A stretch of 64,000 bases of DNA from Phaeosaccion multiseriatum (GCA_965112735.1 OZ218964.1:1922001-1986000); one strand, 5' to 3'; shown: positions 24,087 to 37,600, counted from the first letter of the stretch. Numbers and translations: made by a program. Notes: generated by a model not told the origin, from the letters alone.

Positions 24087-25365
24087 TCACTCCTCCAGCC
24101 CGGTATCAAGAGCAGAGGTGAGTCTCTTGAGCCGCTGTGCAATGACTACGCTCTGGATCGCCGATTTGAACTTGCGGCGCGCGTTGAACAACTTCAATTT
24201 GTCCATGTTTGGCAAGCTGAGTTTTGCAAGCGCGTCGTCGTCGCCCAAGATCCACTTGTGTTGGAGCGCCCCTGCCGATGTTATCCTTTCACTAGGTGAC
24301 AGCGTCAAGAGACCCTTTATGAGATCCTTTGCCTCGTCACTGACTTGGTCCCAGTACTGCGGATGGAACACCACGTTGCCCTTCTTAATCTTTTTGTACA
24401 GCTTGCTCTGGTTGTCATCGTGGAAGGGAGGATATCCCCCCAGCAGGATGTAAAGAATGACGCCGATGCTCCACATGTCTACCTCCGTGCCGTACACCTC
24501 ACCCTTGAGAATCTCTGGAGCAACGTAGCCCGGCGTACCACATTGCGTGCGCAGACCATCAGTACTAACGTCACGGGCAAACCCAAAGTCTGCCACCTTG
24601 ATCTTGTGGTCATCGTCTTCGCTCTCCAGGAGCAGATTCTCAGGCTTAAGGTCTCGGTGCGCCACACCATTGTCATGGCAGTATTTGATGGCTTCTAGCA
24701 GGATCTTGAGCACGTCTCGAGCATCCTTCTCGCTGTAAAATTGCTTCTGCACGATCCGATCAAACAGCTCACCCCCCCTCATCTGCTCCATGACCAAGTA
24801 GTAAAAGTGCTTTTCTTCATAAAAGCCCTTTAATATGACAATATTGGGATGCCTGAGACGGTCCAATACTGCCACTTCCATTCTTAGAGCCTCTTCATCT
24901 TCTGCCGGGAGATCAGCACGCCTAATGCACTTGACCGCCACTTTCCCCCCAGTCTGTTTGTCAATCCCTTCCCGGACGGTGGAAAAACTACCGCTACCAA
25001 GCTCCTGTTGTTGTCAAGTTGTGGGCATACAGGCGTAAGTGGCCTTCAAAGGACGCGGTCGAGAGCGTCCTCTAACTTCGGCCCCCAACCCCAACTTCCC
25101 TCCCCCGCACCCAAAGCATTTCTCCTTACCTTGGTGAGCTTGTACCGCTTGTCGAAGGCCACAACTACGTCAACATTAGAAGGGTCGGCCACATCCCCGC
25201 TGCTTTCATTCTTCGACTGCGTTAAGAGATAAAGAAGGAATCACGGACGAGGAAGGGATTAGTGGAAGACTTGTCCCCCCACCACCCCTCTCTCGTACCC
25301 TCTCTCTCCCCCTCTCTCCCCCTCTGCCCCTCTGCCCCTCCCAGGCTTACACTTTGGCATCCCAT
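24087..25365 (-). CDS. Ca2+/calmodulin-dependent protein kinase (CaMK1-like), 3 exons
   Basis: 15-nt exon MGCQS (25351-25365); exon SKNE..RYKLTK; then ELGSGSFSTV, AVK, HRDLKPENLLL, DFG, CGTPGYVAPE; CaM-binding FNARRKFKSAIQSV. Confidence 0.93.
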
Positions 25366-26705
25366 GTTGCTCTCGCAGCAGGGGCAGCAGCAGCAGCAGC
25401 AGCAGCTATCACGCGAAGAGGAGACAGAGGAGAAAAAGGGTGAAGGGAGAAGAAACTGAAATATAAATTCAAGCACACCCTCACCCAAAAATGAATAAAA
25501 TTGGAAATTTGGTTCCAACTCTACTTGTATGTCAACAGAATACTCACAGATGGCCTATTTTTTTTTGGACTATAAGGGGGTAAAGGGCTACCTCCACATA
25601 CACCCCCCGCTTCTCTCCCTCCTCAAAATGTGGGTATTTCCTCCATGCTTGAGTCCGCAGAACACAACCTACATGTATGTCGAGTGTGCATGGAGCGTGC
25701 GTCTCGTCGAGCCCCTTCCCTTTCTTCTGCATGCCGCAGAGGCGCTACAGCTATCGTCTAGCACTTCTATAGCACAAAGTATCCCCCCCCCCCTCCGTAT
25801 CTTTCTCCTGTCCTCCGCACCCTCTCCCCCCCTTCTCTCCTTCTCCCTTCTCCTCCTTCCCCCCTCCTCTCATTCTCCTCCTCCCCTTTCCTATCACTCC
25901 TTACTCTCTAATGACCGGAAGGCCACCTGCGATGTCGCGAACGCCAAAAAAGGAGTTCCCTTGGATCAGGGGGACGGCGGGCCAGATTTCCCTCTTGCAG
26001 AGCTCCACGGTGCCGTATCCTCATATCCATGCCTCGCTGGAAATTCTCCCTCGACTCAGGCAGATCTGTCGTCTATGATGCAGACAAAGAAGGGGGCAAG
26101 CGGCCATTCAAGCGGGCCATGAAATCCATAGAGACAAAACATAGGTGTATCACTTATCTGTGGTGTTACGCCCTGTCGCCAGGCTTGATTCAGTCCACCC
26201 CCCCCCCCCCCCCAAAGTCGTCACAAGGCAGGGGAGAGGAGGCTCCAGTCGCATACCGAGGGCTATAATAGCTGAAGCAGCCCCTCCATAAGATCGACCA
26301 GAGATCTGACCCCTCTGCTGCTCCAGATGCCCGCCCCTACACACTCATGCTATTTTCCTGATTTTCTCTCGATCTTTCCCCCCTAACTCGTTGAGTCCCA
26401 CGAAGTGCCCTGGCAGGATTCACAGAGCCCTTTAGAACCGGGTTCGTAAGGGCACTGTAAATCCTGCCAGGACACCTCGCGGGACTCAGCGAGTTTGGTG
26501 TGTGGGCGATGATGTCCTCGTATGGATGGGATGGCAATTGTTCTTCGCCTCCGGTCATTGACATAGTTAGGGTGGGGGGCGGAGAATTGGAACTTTTTTT
26601 TGTCCTTTCTCTTGCGTCTCGCGTCTCCTTTTTGAGCTATTTGAACTGGACAAAAGGAGGAGAAGGAAGGAAAGGGAGAGAAGGACGAGCGTTGGGCTTA
26701 CCCCA

Positions 26706-27742
26706 ATGGAGAGCGGGGGGTTTGTGTTGGTGCCGGAGCTCGGGACGGGACGTACCACACCCCTCCGTGTACGGGAAGATGTTGTGACCACAATTGGCAG
26801 AAGCTCGGAGACTGGCATCTCGGATCTCTCAATCAGGTATGTGGCATGACTGGCTGGTGCCCTCCTCTCCCTTTCCCCCTCATCTCTTTCTGCTTGCTTG
26901 CTGTCCACTCTCCTCTATATAGTGCTGGTGCTTTGCGCCTCTCCCTCTCCCTCTCCCCGTCTCCCTCTCCGTATCTCTCTCCTCCTCCTTCTCCATCTCC
27001 ATCTCTCTCTCCTTCTCCTTCTGCGTCTCCCTCTCCCTCTTCCTCTCCCTCCCTCCCTGCTCCCTCCCTCCCTCCCTCCCTCCCTCCCATCGCTCCCTGC
27101 CTGCCTTCCTACCGCCTTGCCTCCCTCCTTCCCTCCCTCCTCCCTCACTTCCTCCCTCATTCACTCCCTCACCCTCCCTCCCTCCCCCTCTCCCTCCCTC
27201 CCTCCCTCCCTCCCTCCTCCTTCTTTCCCTTCCTCCATCAGTCGCGCGATGGTGAAACTGCGCATTCAGAGTGAGGGCGACAAACGGCGAGTCATCGTCA
27301 AATGCGTTGCCTCCTTGCAGGATACAAAAGGACTGCCAGTTGAGAACGCCGTTGGCGTGTGCAGTGCGGGGGGAGAAGTCTTTTTGGCAACAGGACAGGA
27401 ATTAGAACTCAGGTGAGGGAGTGTGAGGAGGGCGCGGGAGAAGAGGCTCAAGGGACAGAAGAAAGAAAGAGCGCGTGTGGACCACATTATTCTCCCTGTC
27501 GACTCTGAACGCCTTCGTCCGTTCTTCCTTCCTTCTTTCCTTTCCTCAGTGTTGGAGAGTCCTTTTCTTTCTGTGGGAAGTATAGTTTTCGGTTGGAGAG
27601 GGAGAATGCGTCTAGTTTCGATGGGCACACTCAGCCTGTTGAGAGCACTTCGTCCGCAAGTTCGCCGAGACCGAAGAAGCGAGCGCGGCCAGCGGACAGC
27701 AGTAGCAGCAAGAAGGACAGTGGGGGAGATGGGGCGGGGGCC

Positions 27743-27773
<31 letters not shown>

Positions 27774-28255
27774 AGAAGGACAGTGGGGAAGACAAGGCGC
27801 AAGAAAAGTATCAGCTCACGTGCATGGGCTTTGAGGAGCATTTGACTTGTTCGATTTGCTTCGGACTCTTGGTCAAGGCTGTGACTACTCAGTGTAACCA
27901 CTTGTTTTGCGCCGAGTGTATTCGCGAAAGCCAGGGTGAGCGAGCCGAGTGTCCTGTGTGCAGAGCCAAAGTGGCATCGCTTAAGGAGATGCCCCTAGTG
28001 GACGGGTTAGTCGGTGTGATGGTGGAGAAAGGCTCCGTTGAGGAAGCAGATGCAGCAGAGTGGCGAACGCGCATGGGGCTAGTCCAGAGTTCGTCGGGGC
28101 CATCGAATGTTGCAGCAGTAGCAGTAGGGAAGAGCGCTTCGCGAGCCCGAGCGGCACGACGCGCCCAAGCCAGAAGAGGTGCCTCTTCGCTGTTGGCAAT
28201 TGATCTCGAGCAACCAGAGCCAAAGGTGGTGGATTTATTGTCGGACGAAGATTGA
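26706..28255 (+). CDS. FHA + C3HC4 RING E3 ligase (RNF8/CHFR-like layout) with C-terminal SIM-like motifs, 3 exons
   Basis: Exon 26706..26836 plus the exon from 27242 give TTIGRSSETGISDLSISRAMVKL (FHA GR/SR motif); RING CSICFGLLVKAVTTQCNHLFCAECI..CPVCR; C-terminus LAIDLE..KVVDLLSDED. Confidence 0.8.
26837..27241 (+). repeat. CT-rich low-complexity intron ((CCCT)n-like)
   Basis: Polypyrimidine tract bounded by GT...AG inside the FHA-RING gene. Confidence 0.75.
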
Positions 28256-29205
28256 AGACGCGAGGCTGACAAGGAGAGGGATGACTTGAGGGTTTTATCG
28301 CGTTGGGGCAACACAGCACCAAGACCGATGCATGTCTGGGGAAAGAGAAGAAATTGCTTCGGACCAGCAAAACACGAAAAGCGGCGATAGACGAGTGTGA
28401 CGAGTACGCCCTTTTGCTGAGGATCTGGCAGCGACTCAGACACTTCCAAGCGAAACCTTCCACTAACTTGCGTCCGCACCTTTGGCCCTGCGCGGAGCCG
28501 AGAGGCACCCGAAGAAGGGGCTCTCACACCGATTGGCAGAGACGTGCCTCACGCCTCATCGAAAGAAAAGGGAGGGGGGGGGGGGGGGCTCTGACTTTAG
28601 GGAAGGAGGAAATATTGGGTATTGTGTGGCGGAATGGGGGACCCCTCTTCATCGTCGACGGCAAAGAAGGGGACGACAAGGAATCCTGCCAGCGTCGCTT
28701 CTGTGGAGGATGTAATGGCGACCATTGCGTGAGGACGGGGCTGCAGGTAAGCTGGCGCGCCAGGTCTGCTCCTGCTCTTTATGCGGAGGCGAGGCATTGC
28801 TGGATCCTCACATGTACACTGACAAGGTTTCGACGTCCCGGGCCGAGGGAGCATTAGCTCTTCAGCGCGAGGAAAGGCAGCGACGCATGGAGGACTAGGA
28901 GCGGAGGTGGAGGGAGCGAGTCCAGGGAAGAGTAGGCGGGCTCCATTGCGGGGCAGGGTCGCGACAGCTCACTGCTCATGTTTGCGAAGCAGCGATGGAC
29001 GAGTGTCACTACAATTGATTGGAGTGGAGGAGCGAGGAGCGCGCAGAGTGAAGTTGGGAAATCGAGAAAGAAAGAACCTTTGCTCAATTACACAAATTAG
29101 TAGCCTCAAGAAAGAACTGTTATCTGTGCGCACATGTGCCCCACCCTCCAACACTCGTGGCTCCCCAGGTCCTCGTAAAGAGCCTTGGCAGTGTGCTGCT
29201 TCCCT

Positions 29206-30993
29206 TCAAAGAGACGACGCAAGGCTGTCGTAAGACTGTACGACTTGCTCCACCCGCAAAAAGGCTCTTTCAAAGTCGGCCCTTTCGACCCCGTGCATCG
29301 TGTATTGGTGCAGGTAGGCCCCGTGGGCGTACATGGAGAATGCTCGCGAGAGGGTGGTTTCCAAGGGCCGAACAGCCGCCTGACAATTGCTTTTGTGGAA
29401 AAGGGGAATCAGAGGGGGTTGAGATTCAAAAAGGGAGAGTGAGCCATCTCGGGAACGGGGGGGAAAGCCCTACCTTAAGAGGCAGGCCGCTTGAGAGTAC
29501 CCGCAGAAGCTGATTTGTGAATAGCACTGCCGAAAAGGCTGGGGCGACCAAGACGCGTACCTGCGGGGCGGTCTCCCCCCGGCAAACACAAGGGAGGGAG
29601 ATACAGGGAGAGAGAGGGAGAAAGGAAACACGATCAGAACGACGGCCCTGTAGAACATGTGGACCGTAGCGACGAACACCACCGCTCCGCATACTGGCGT
29701 GCACAGCCACCAGGCCAAACCTCTACACAAAAAGAATCAAAGTAAGCTACGTATCACGTACGTACACTTGTGTGTCCGCGAAGCCACTGTCACAAGGCTG
29801 GTCCGACATGGAGCCTCGAAGCATCAGAGTGTTCGCCACGGCCATGTTGGTGCGGCTCTGATGAGCCCCTCTGCGGCAGTCAGCGAGGTTGATCCTCCAA
29901 TTGATCTCTGTGTCGACCACTGCTCGGGGAAAAGCCAGGCAAGTCAGCCTCTCGAGATTAGAGGAAACGCATCGCAAAGAGACTTGCCTGTTCCGGTCAA
30001 ATGCATCTGTAAGAGACGTCGGACCACGGCGGACCATTTCTCGTCGGTAAACGCCACAGATCGGTGCGGTATTTGCGGTAGCATGGACGCCTTTAGAAAG
30101 AGAAAGTCCTACAAGAAAACGAGAAAGGTGAATGAATGAGGGGGCGATGAGTGTGAGCACGGGTGAAATGAAGCTCTCTCACTTACCCTGTTCGGGCAGA
30201 GGTGCTGTATTTGATCTCCCAAGCGTTGCGTCTGACCGAGGCAAGTTGTGGGCAGTATAACGCCTGCTAATTGCTTCGCAATGACGCCGTTCAGGTCCCA
30301 CAGACTAGGACGCGGCTGGGAAAGGGGAGAACAGCAATGCGGTCTCGTTGGTTTCGAAAAGAAGAAGCGCGAAATACCACAACGTACCAAGTTCATCGTC
30401 TTTTGACACGTCTTGGACAGGTCTTCGTTCTCGACCACAACAATTCCGTCAGAAGAGCCGGCGAGATGTGCCATAGTCAAGAGCGCATTGTAGCTTTGGA
30501 CAATGACCTCCCCAGAGTTATAGGGAAGCACCACAACATTGACCAGAGGCGTTTTGCTGCAGAAATCGTCCTTGAGCGCTTCCGAGAGGTACGCTCCCAG
30601 GCCAGACCCAGTTCCTCCTGCGGCACTGTGTAAGAGTAACACGCAGCTCAGGTAGTCCGACGCCTCGGCCTCGAGCCGGCAGGCCTCCAGAATCTTAGAG
30701 GAAGCCGCCGTCCCGTAGCCCTTGTACCCGTACGCCCAATTGTTGCCAGCGCCCCCTTCGCCACTGCAGCAAGCGCGCTTGCTGTCGTACGCAAACCGCT
30801 CCCCGGACGCCCCCCGCATAATATCGCCCAGGACTTTGGGTTCTGTATCCACAAGGACGGCCCGTGCCACATTGCCGCGGAAGAAGGCCTCGTCCACGTC
30901 GCCGCCCTGCCGTGCCTGCTCGTGCAGCACTTGGTGCAATCGGAAGCCAACGTTATTCCCGCATTGGCCAACTTGAACACTGACTACTGACAT
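29206..30993 (-). CDS. TUBD1: Delta-tubulin, multi-exon
   Basis: VQVGQCGN; ARAVLVDTEPKV; GAGNNWAYGY; HSAAGGTGSGLG; PYNSGEVIVQSYNALLT; C-terminal SNCQ..MYAHGAYLHQY..FLRVEQVVQSY*. Confidence 0.9.
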
Positions 30994-31139
30994 GGGTAGT
31001 CCGTCCGTCCCCTCACATAAGGAGAGGGGGGATATAATATAATACCGAGGAGGAAAGAGGTGCCCAGATAACCAACGCGTGAAGACGGGGCGTGTTACTT
31101 TTAGGCGCACGGACGTATCTCCAGATCAAAAAAAAACTC

Positions 31140-32737
31140 ATGAATGAAAAGAACATGCGGCTGGCCGAGGGGCTGGTGAAGGCCTCGTACGTTCGGCAGG
31201 GAGAGCAGGCGCTGCACAAGAGGGAGAGGCTGGTAACGGTTCTCCTGAGCAACCGCAAGCTGCCCCGCAGGGGCTGGGATGAGGGGCAAATCGAGCATCT
31301 TTTGGCGGACTTGGCGATGATGGACAGCAACAACTTTGTGGATAACGTTGGCGCGGGGGAGAGAGAGGCTAGAATCTTCAGTCCGCTGGTGGCCAAGAGA
31401 TGCTATCGTTTCGCGCATGGTGTGGGTCGGAGCGGTGATGTGGCCGAGGTGCAGCCGAAAGCAGCAGGCTCCAGCCTCATGAATAAGCTCGCCCACCTGC
31501 TTCTCATGCACGCCCTTCAACTGACGGGCTTGACGAATGCAAAGGGGTGCTTGGCCCTTCCGATGGCCACTGGGTAGGTGTGGAGGATGCCAAGAAGGGG
31601 GGGAGAGAAGCGAGGGAGACTTGAGTGTAAAATTATCCTCTCCGAAACGCTTTGCCATACAGGATGTCAGTGGCGCTGGTGTTGCTTACTTTGAAACTGG
31701 ACAAGCCCGCAGCCAAGTATGTCGTGTGGCCTCGTATGGACCAAAAGTCGTGCTTCAAAGCCATCCTGACGGCCGGTCTCATCCCAGTGATCGTGAAGAA
31801 TCGGCAGGACGGAGACGCCGTGGCTTTGGATGTGGAGGAGATGGAGAGGATTATCGGAAGCCTACCGCCCGAGTCTGTGCTCTGTGTGCTCACCACGACA
31901 AGCTGCTTTGCGCCTCGGCTGCCTGATGCGGTCGACAAGGTGGCCAAGTTGTGCCAAGCGTTGTCCGTACCACATGTCATCAACAATGCATACGGCCTCC
32001 AATGCCGCCGCACCATGAAGCTTGTAAATAGGGCCATGCAGGTCGGGAGAGTGGACGTCGTCGTCCAGAGCATGGACAAGAATTTTATGGTGCCAGTGGG
32101 TGGCGCTGTCTTGTGCGGGCCTGACGACGCTCTTCTGGCCAAGGTGGGTGAAGCTCGAGGGGTGGTCTTGACGGCATTTCAAAAAGACGCAACCAACACC
32201 CATTGTCATTGTACCCCCACCCCCCCCTGCCAGGTAGGCAGAGCGTACGCCGGTCGCGCCAGCTCGGCGCCTGTCTTGGACCTGTTCATCACGCTTCTGG
32301 CTATGGGGGAAGAAGGGTTTGTCCGCCTTCTCGACGAGAGGGAGGCAATGATACCATACTTTGTGGACAAGCTGCAGGGCGTGGCCGAAAGGCATGGCGA
32401 AAGACTGCTCCAATCCCCGGGCAATTCAATATCGTTCGCCATGTCCTTGGAGTCAGAGGCCTTTGCCCCCGGTGGGGAAGCCACGAAGTTCCTCGGCTCA
32501 GCCTTGTGGTTAAGAATGGTGTCTGGGACGAGGGTCGTCTGCCCCGAGCACAAGGCCATTCAAGGCCACGACTTTCAGGGCTACGGAGCCAGCATCGACT
32601 CATACCCCTGCAGCTATCTCACAGCGGCATGCGCCATTGGACAGACGAAAGGCGAGGTGGACGAGCTTGCCCTAAGACTGGACAAGCTGCTCACAGAGAG
32701 AGAAAAGCGGCCACCGCCGCCGGATAGGACAATATAA
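31140..32737 (+). CDS. SEPSECS: O-phosphoseryl-tRNA(Sec) selenium transferase, 3 exons
   Basis: MDSNNF..GAGEREAR; HGVGRSGDV..VQPKAAGSSL; PMATG|MS; WPRMDQKSCFK; TTSCFAPR; HVINNAYG; VQSMDKNFMVPVGG; YAGRASSAP; VSGTRVV; YLTAACAIG. Confidence 0.95.
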
Positions 32738-32789
32738 TACGGTTTCATTTTCATTCCTTTTTAAACCTCTGAGGCCTTCAGCTTACAAG

Positions 32790-34574
32790 ATGGAGAGGCC
32801 TCGGACTTGCCCGGGCTCGTCCGGTCGGCAACGGGTTGGGGCTTTCCGGGGTGGGCACGATGCCCCGCCCAAAAAGGCCAAGCCGGTGAAGAAAAGGCCC
32901 TTTCCCCAAATTTCACGAGCAGCTCCCGTAGATACCTCTCACGAGGAAAGGAGTCACCGAGCGCAGCGGGGACGAGACCAGGGGCGATTCCCGCCGTGGG
33001 TTCTGGAACAGCAGGGCTTTCGCGACCTGCTTGACGAGGTGTGTATGCTGCTGGGTCGCGGGGGCGAGACCGCGTCCGATAATCAAATCCTATCCGTCAT
33101 AATTGCTCTCCGTGGCACCCCACTCGCTCCTCCCCTGACAACCAGAGTTCGCGAGACTTGTATCGGCGTCGAAATGCGGCAGGCACTTGGCTGAAACGAG
33201 AGGTTGGTGCCGCAGACTCGTTTGGGTTCTCTTCTGATTTGGCCTGGGTGCAGAGCGTGTCGCAGAGGCTGGCGGAAGAGGATGACAGGAGAAGATTGGA
33301 ATGGGAAATGACGGAGAGAAGAGGCTCTTCTGCACCGACCGCCACCGTTGGGCACCAGCGTCGCATAGAGCTGGCTACAGCCACGTTTTCGTTGCTGGCC
33401 AAAAACGAGCCAGAGGAGGAAGGGGGCGGCGGCCCGGCCCATGGAGGGAGTGGCCGCGGCGCGCCACCCGAGAATCAGTCGGAAAGCCAGGCCTACCGTT
33501 CCTTGCCTGCAGGCAAGATCTCGTCAGGGTGGAGCTCTGCTCTATCCATGTTTGCGGTAAAGAGTAAAAAGCCTTCCGCAACCGCAGACCCTCTGGAAAA
33601 CTTTGACGACTCGGCAGTCGACTACCTCACTGCCGAAGTGCTGCTCCAGCGAGTGTTTGTCATCAGAGCAAGGGCCTTCGGGGTGGGCAGCCCCAACACC
33701 CGCCCCGCCTTGGAGAAGCTGCTGCAACTATATGACGTTCAGGTTGGGGCCAAAGACGAAGAAGCGGCAGAGCTGCGGGTGGACCCAGCAGCCCACCTAC
33801 GCCGGATCGAAGGACGTCTCGAGAAGCTGGCACAGTCTCTGTCTTGCTTGTGGACTGGAGGAGGAGGAGGCAAGAGCGCCCCCCCCCAGGTTGATTCTTT
33901 GGTGCGTGTCTACAACAAGGAAAGACAGCACTTTGACCATTCTTTGCCTCCCAAAAACGTGGAGAATGGACGCGGTAGCCTGCCCAACGATCTGCGGGGC
34001 AAGTGCCAAGACAGCGGTGTCAAGAACGAGTTGGTGCCCGCAGGGCCCGGCCCCGCAATAAAGGTGAAGACAGGGCAAGAGCTGGAGGCCGCGATTCAAA
34101 GTAAGTGAGAGCCCCCATGAGGAAAGAGCGGTTTTCCCCTCCCTCCCTCGCCTGAACTACTCCATACTTCTACTTCCACTCTTTGCAAGGGAGCGGCGAG
34201 GCGAGGTCTCCCCTGGACTCTTGGTTCCTCTTCAAAGGGTCTTTGAAGGAAAAGGCTCAAGACAAGGGCGTCCCTACGGAGTCTTTCGAGGAGTATTGCG
34301 AGGGCAGTCGAGCGTCGCGGCGCGTTGTGCACCACGTTCTGGCCGCAGGGGTCTGCGAGGAAGGCGAGTGGAGGTTCAGTAAGCGACTGGAGGAAGAGGT
34401 GCTGCGGGAGGACGGAGAAAAGCTGATCCGGCTAGACGCACAGATGGCCCAGCAGCAGCAGCAGCAGCAGCAGCAGTCCGAGGGGGAAGGGCAAGGACCT
34501 CTGGAAAAGGTGCTTCTGCAGGTGTCCAGGCAGGTATGTAGTGGTGGTGGTGGCGGTGGAGGTTGTCGTGGTGG

Positions 34575-34654
<80 letters not shown>

Positions 34655-37600
34655 CCCCTTGCCAACCACCTCGCACACCCCGAAATGACGCAATGCTTGT
34701 TGCTGCTCCCAAATACAATATCCAGGACTTTGGGCTAGCCTCCCACACGTGCTTGGCAACCCTTCGACGAAACATTAGCAATCCAACCGCCCTCAATGTG
34801 TTCAAAGCCACGCTGGGCGAGCTCGCAGCCGCCCCCAAGATGGACGATTTCAATGCAACGGTCAGCCTCACTCTCGGAGGGATGCAGGGCAAGGGAACAC
34901 TGGGCACGTACGGAGTGCTGGGAGAAACGTGCTACATTACTTATTCTTACGCCCACAGGTCCGGCCAGGCCAGGGCGCACTCTCCGACGGACTGGGTGGG
35001 CCTCTTTCGAGTGGATGACAAGGCAACGACAGAGTCCTTTGTCGCATGGCGCCTTGTTCCTCCCGAGAGCCAGTCCAGCATGGCCGTCAGTGGGGGCGTC
35101 ATCTCCACGCCGGGGATCTATCGAGCCAAGTACTTTGTGGGAGGCAGCGAGAGCGTCTTGGCCACAAGCGGGAATCTCCGAGTAGAAAAGGTGTCGTGTC
35201 GAGTGGGAGTCGCGCTCTCCTCTTCGTCGTCGTCCTCCACCGCGACTTTGGTGGCGGGAGACTCTCTCCGTGTGTACTACGAGTTTACGTACGCCCACAC
35301 GTTACACTCACCGGGCGATTGGGTGGGCATCATTGCCGAAGGCGCCGAGGTATGTAGGCTTTGAGGAGTGAGCGAAGTGCGTTGCTTGTTTTGTCCGGGC
35401 CAGCATAACGGTGCACCCGAATTCTACGTGCGCCGTTTTCATATCATAGGTGTGCGCTGCGTCCGCACTCTTGCGACAGCTGCTGCCGGCTGAGAACAAA
35501 GGGGAGGTCTTGTTTGAGAAAGGCCCCATACTTCCTGGGCAATACCGCGTCCATGTCTTCCTGTCCCAGTTTGATGACGCGCTCGCCGGCTCAAGTTACG
35601 TCTTTGAGACGGCATTGCACTTTCCCTTTAAGGAGATTGAGACTGCGCACCAGCAGCGGGAGGTGCTCGTATACGTGAGCACGAGATGGGACATGACCAT
35701 GGAGCGTGACGTCCTCTCTTCGGTGGCCATGCCCGCTCTCAAGGTATAGTCAGGGGAGGGAGATAGAGCGAGAGGGGGGGGGGTCAGGGAAGGATGAACG
35801 ACGACGTAGGGAAGTCTTCCTTGACGCATCCCCCCCCCCTCCCTCCGAACCCAAACACGAACACAGGCACTGTTCGACAACCGCCATGTCCGCTTCCGAT
35901 TCGTGGACCTCCGCAGCGAGATTGCCGCCATGGACTTGCTCACTCCTACAAATGTCCGAGCAATTCTGGCAAGTTGTCAGCGCCGTTGCCTGTCCCCTTC
36001 TTCCTTGACTGACGACGAGCCTCCTGCCTGGTCTGGCTGCTGTCGCTCAGGATTCCGTAAATAGCTGTCGACCGCACATGATATTCTGCATGGGCGACAC
36101 CAACGATATTGAGTTGTCGCCTGACAGTCTGGACGACGAGATTCGACGTGACTTCCCCTGGCTAGCTGGTAAGTTCCTTTTGTCTGAGGGTGTTGAGGAC
36201 CAGAGCTCACCCTGCGGTGGTCCTGCTTGACTTGGCCCATACAGACGCCCTGGGAATGGGAGACGCCAGCGAGGATGGCACAGAGGCCGCTTTCATCTCC
36301 ACCACCGATGTGGAGCTCTTGTCGGGCTTCATTCTTCCAGTCATGCAGGAGGAGCTCAAGAAGCGCCTCAGCACTCCGTGTTCGAAAGGCTCGAAAGAAG
36401 GGTGAGTGAGTGAGTGAGTGAGTGAGTACCGCGGGGGGGGGGGGGGATGTTCGATTGGATTTCGCCGTGGCTCTCTCTCTTTCTCACCTTGCCCTCCTCG
36501 TTCCTCGTCCGCAGCCCCTGCTCCTGTTCAGCGTGCGTCCCTTCGGTGCCGCGGAGGCTCAGGGCAGGCGGGCTTTTAACCGTCGCTGGCTCTCCGCATC
36601 CTGTGCTGGATATCCTGGATGCCTTGCGGGACAGGCGTGGAGACGACGACGACGACAAGGTACCTACCCTGTCTGGGACACAAGTTGGCTCTTGAGTTTT
36701 GGCTGATCTTCCTCATGAGCTGTCATGTTCGTTCTGCCCCCGCGTGCTTGTCTAGGCCTGCGAGCGAGGGCAGCTCACCAAGCACGTGTGTTTCTACACG
36801 AGACGAGCAAGTTTGAGGTCGAGGCTGCACCCCAATCAGCACAAGGTATGAAATGAAGCATCTAGTTTCTGTGCAGCGCTCTCTTGCTGGGCTGACGAAA
36901 AAGATGCTCCTCCACCAGGCTGCCGGAGAGCATGAGGCGAGCATCGAGTACATCAATGCCAGCAAAACGCACATGGCTCGGCTGCGAAAAGAGGTTCAAA
37001 CAAGCACGCGCAAAGTCAGCCCCAACTACATCGACAGCACCGCCTTTCTGCACCAAGTGTTGACGGACATGGAGTCGCTCGCAGAAGACCTGTACCCCAG
37101 CGAGTAAGTAGCCCTTCCCCCACATTGATGTAGGAAGGAGGGGCAGGGGTGCGACGCTTGGGGATGCCTGCATTTATTCATGACCCGCCCCCCTTTCATT
37201 TTTGTGCCACACAGTACGCTGCCCGACCCGCTTGACGTTATGGCCATGCAGCGCCATGAGTCCTCCGCCAAGCTCCTCGCGCAAGGCTGTGTCCAAGGAT
37301 CGCCCGGCAGCGAGACCATTTCGTGGGGCGAAAAGGGGAGGGACACCTCAGTGAAGGAGTACTGTCGAAAGGAGACCATAATGGACGCCCTTTGTGCCTA
37401 TGTAGAGGCGGCGTGTGCCTCGGGCTTTGTCCTCACTGTGCAGGTAAGAGGGAGCATGCATGTGGTAGCATCACTTGGCGGGACTCTCTCTCGAAAGAAG
37501 CCAGCTTGTTCTTCTCTTGCTCACCCCCCTCCTCCCCCCTTCACTACCCACGTACCCCGCAGCCTGGGTCTGGAATCACGACTGCGCTCTTGCAGTTTCT

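Noticed and set aside
28634-29100. Possible selenoprotein near SEPSECS (in-frame TGA in MATIA*GRGC)
   Set aside because: The downstream frame contains a TAG, there is no known selenoprotein motif and no SECIS was recognised; more likely a decayed fragment.
34183-34907. Poly-Cys, poly-Gln, poly-Asn, poly-Thr and poly-Val ORFs
   Set aside because: They are translations of an intronic (GTT)n microsatellite.
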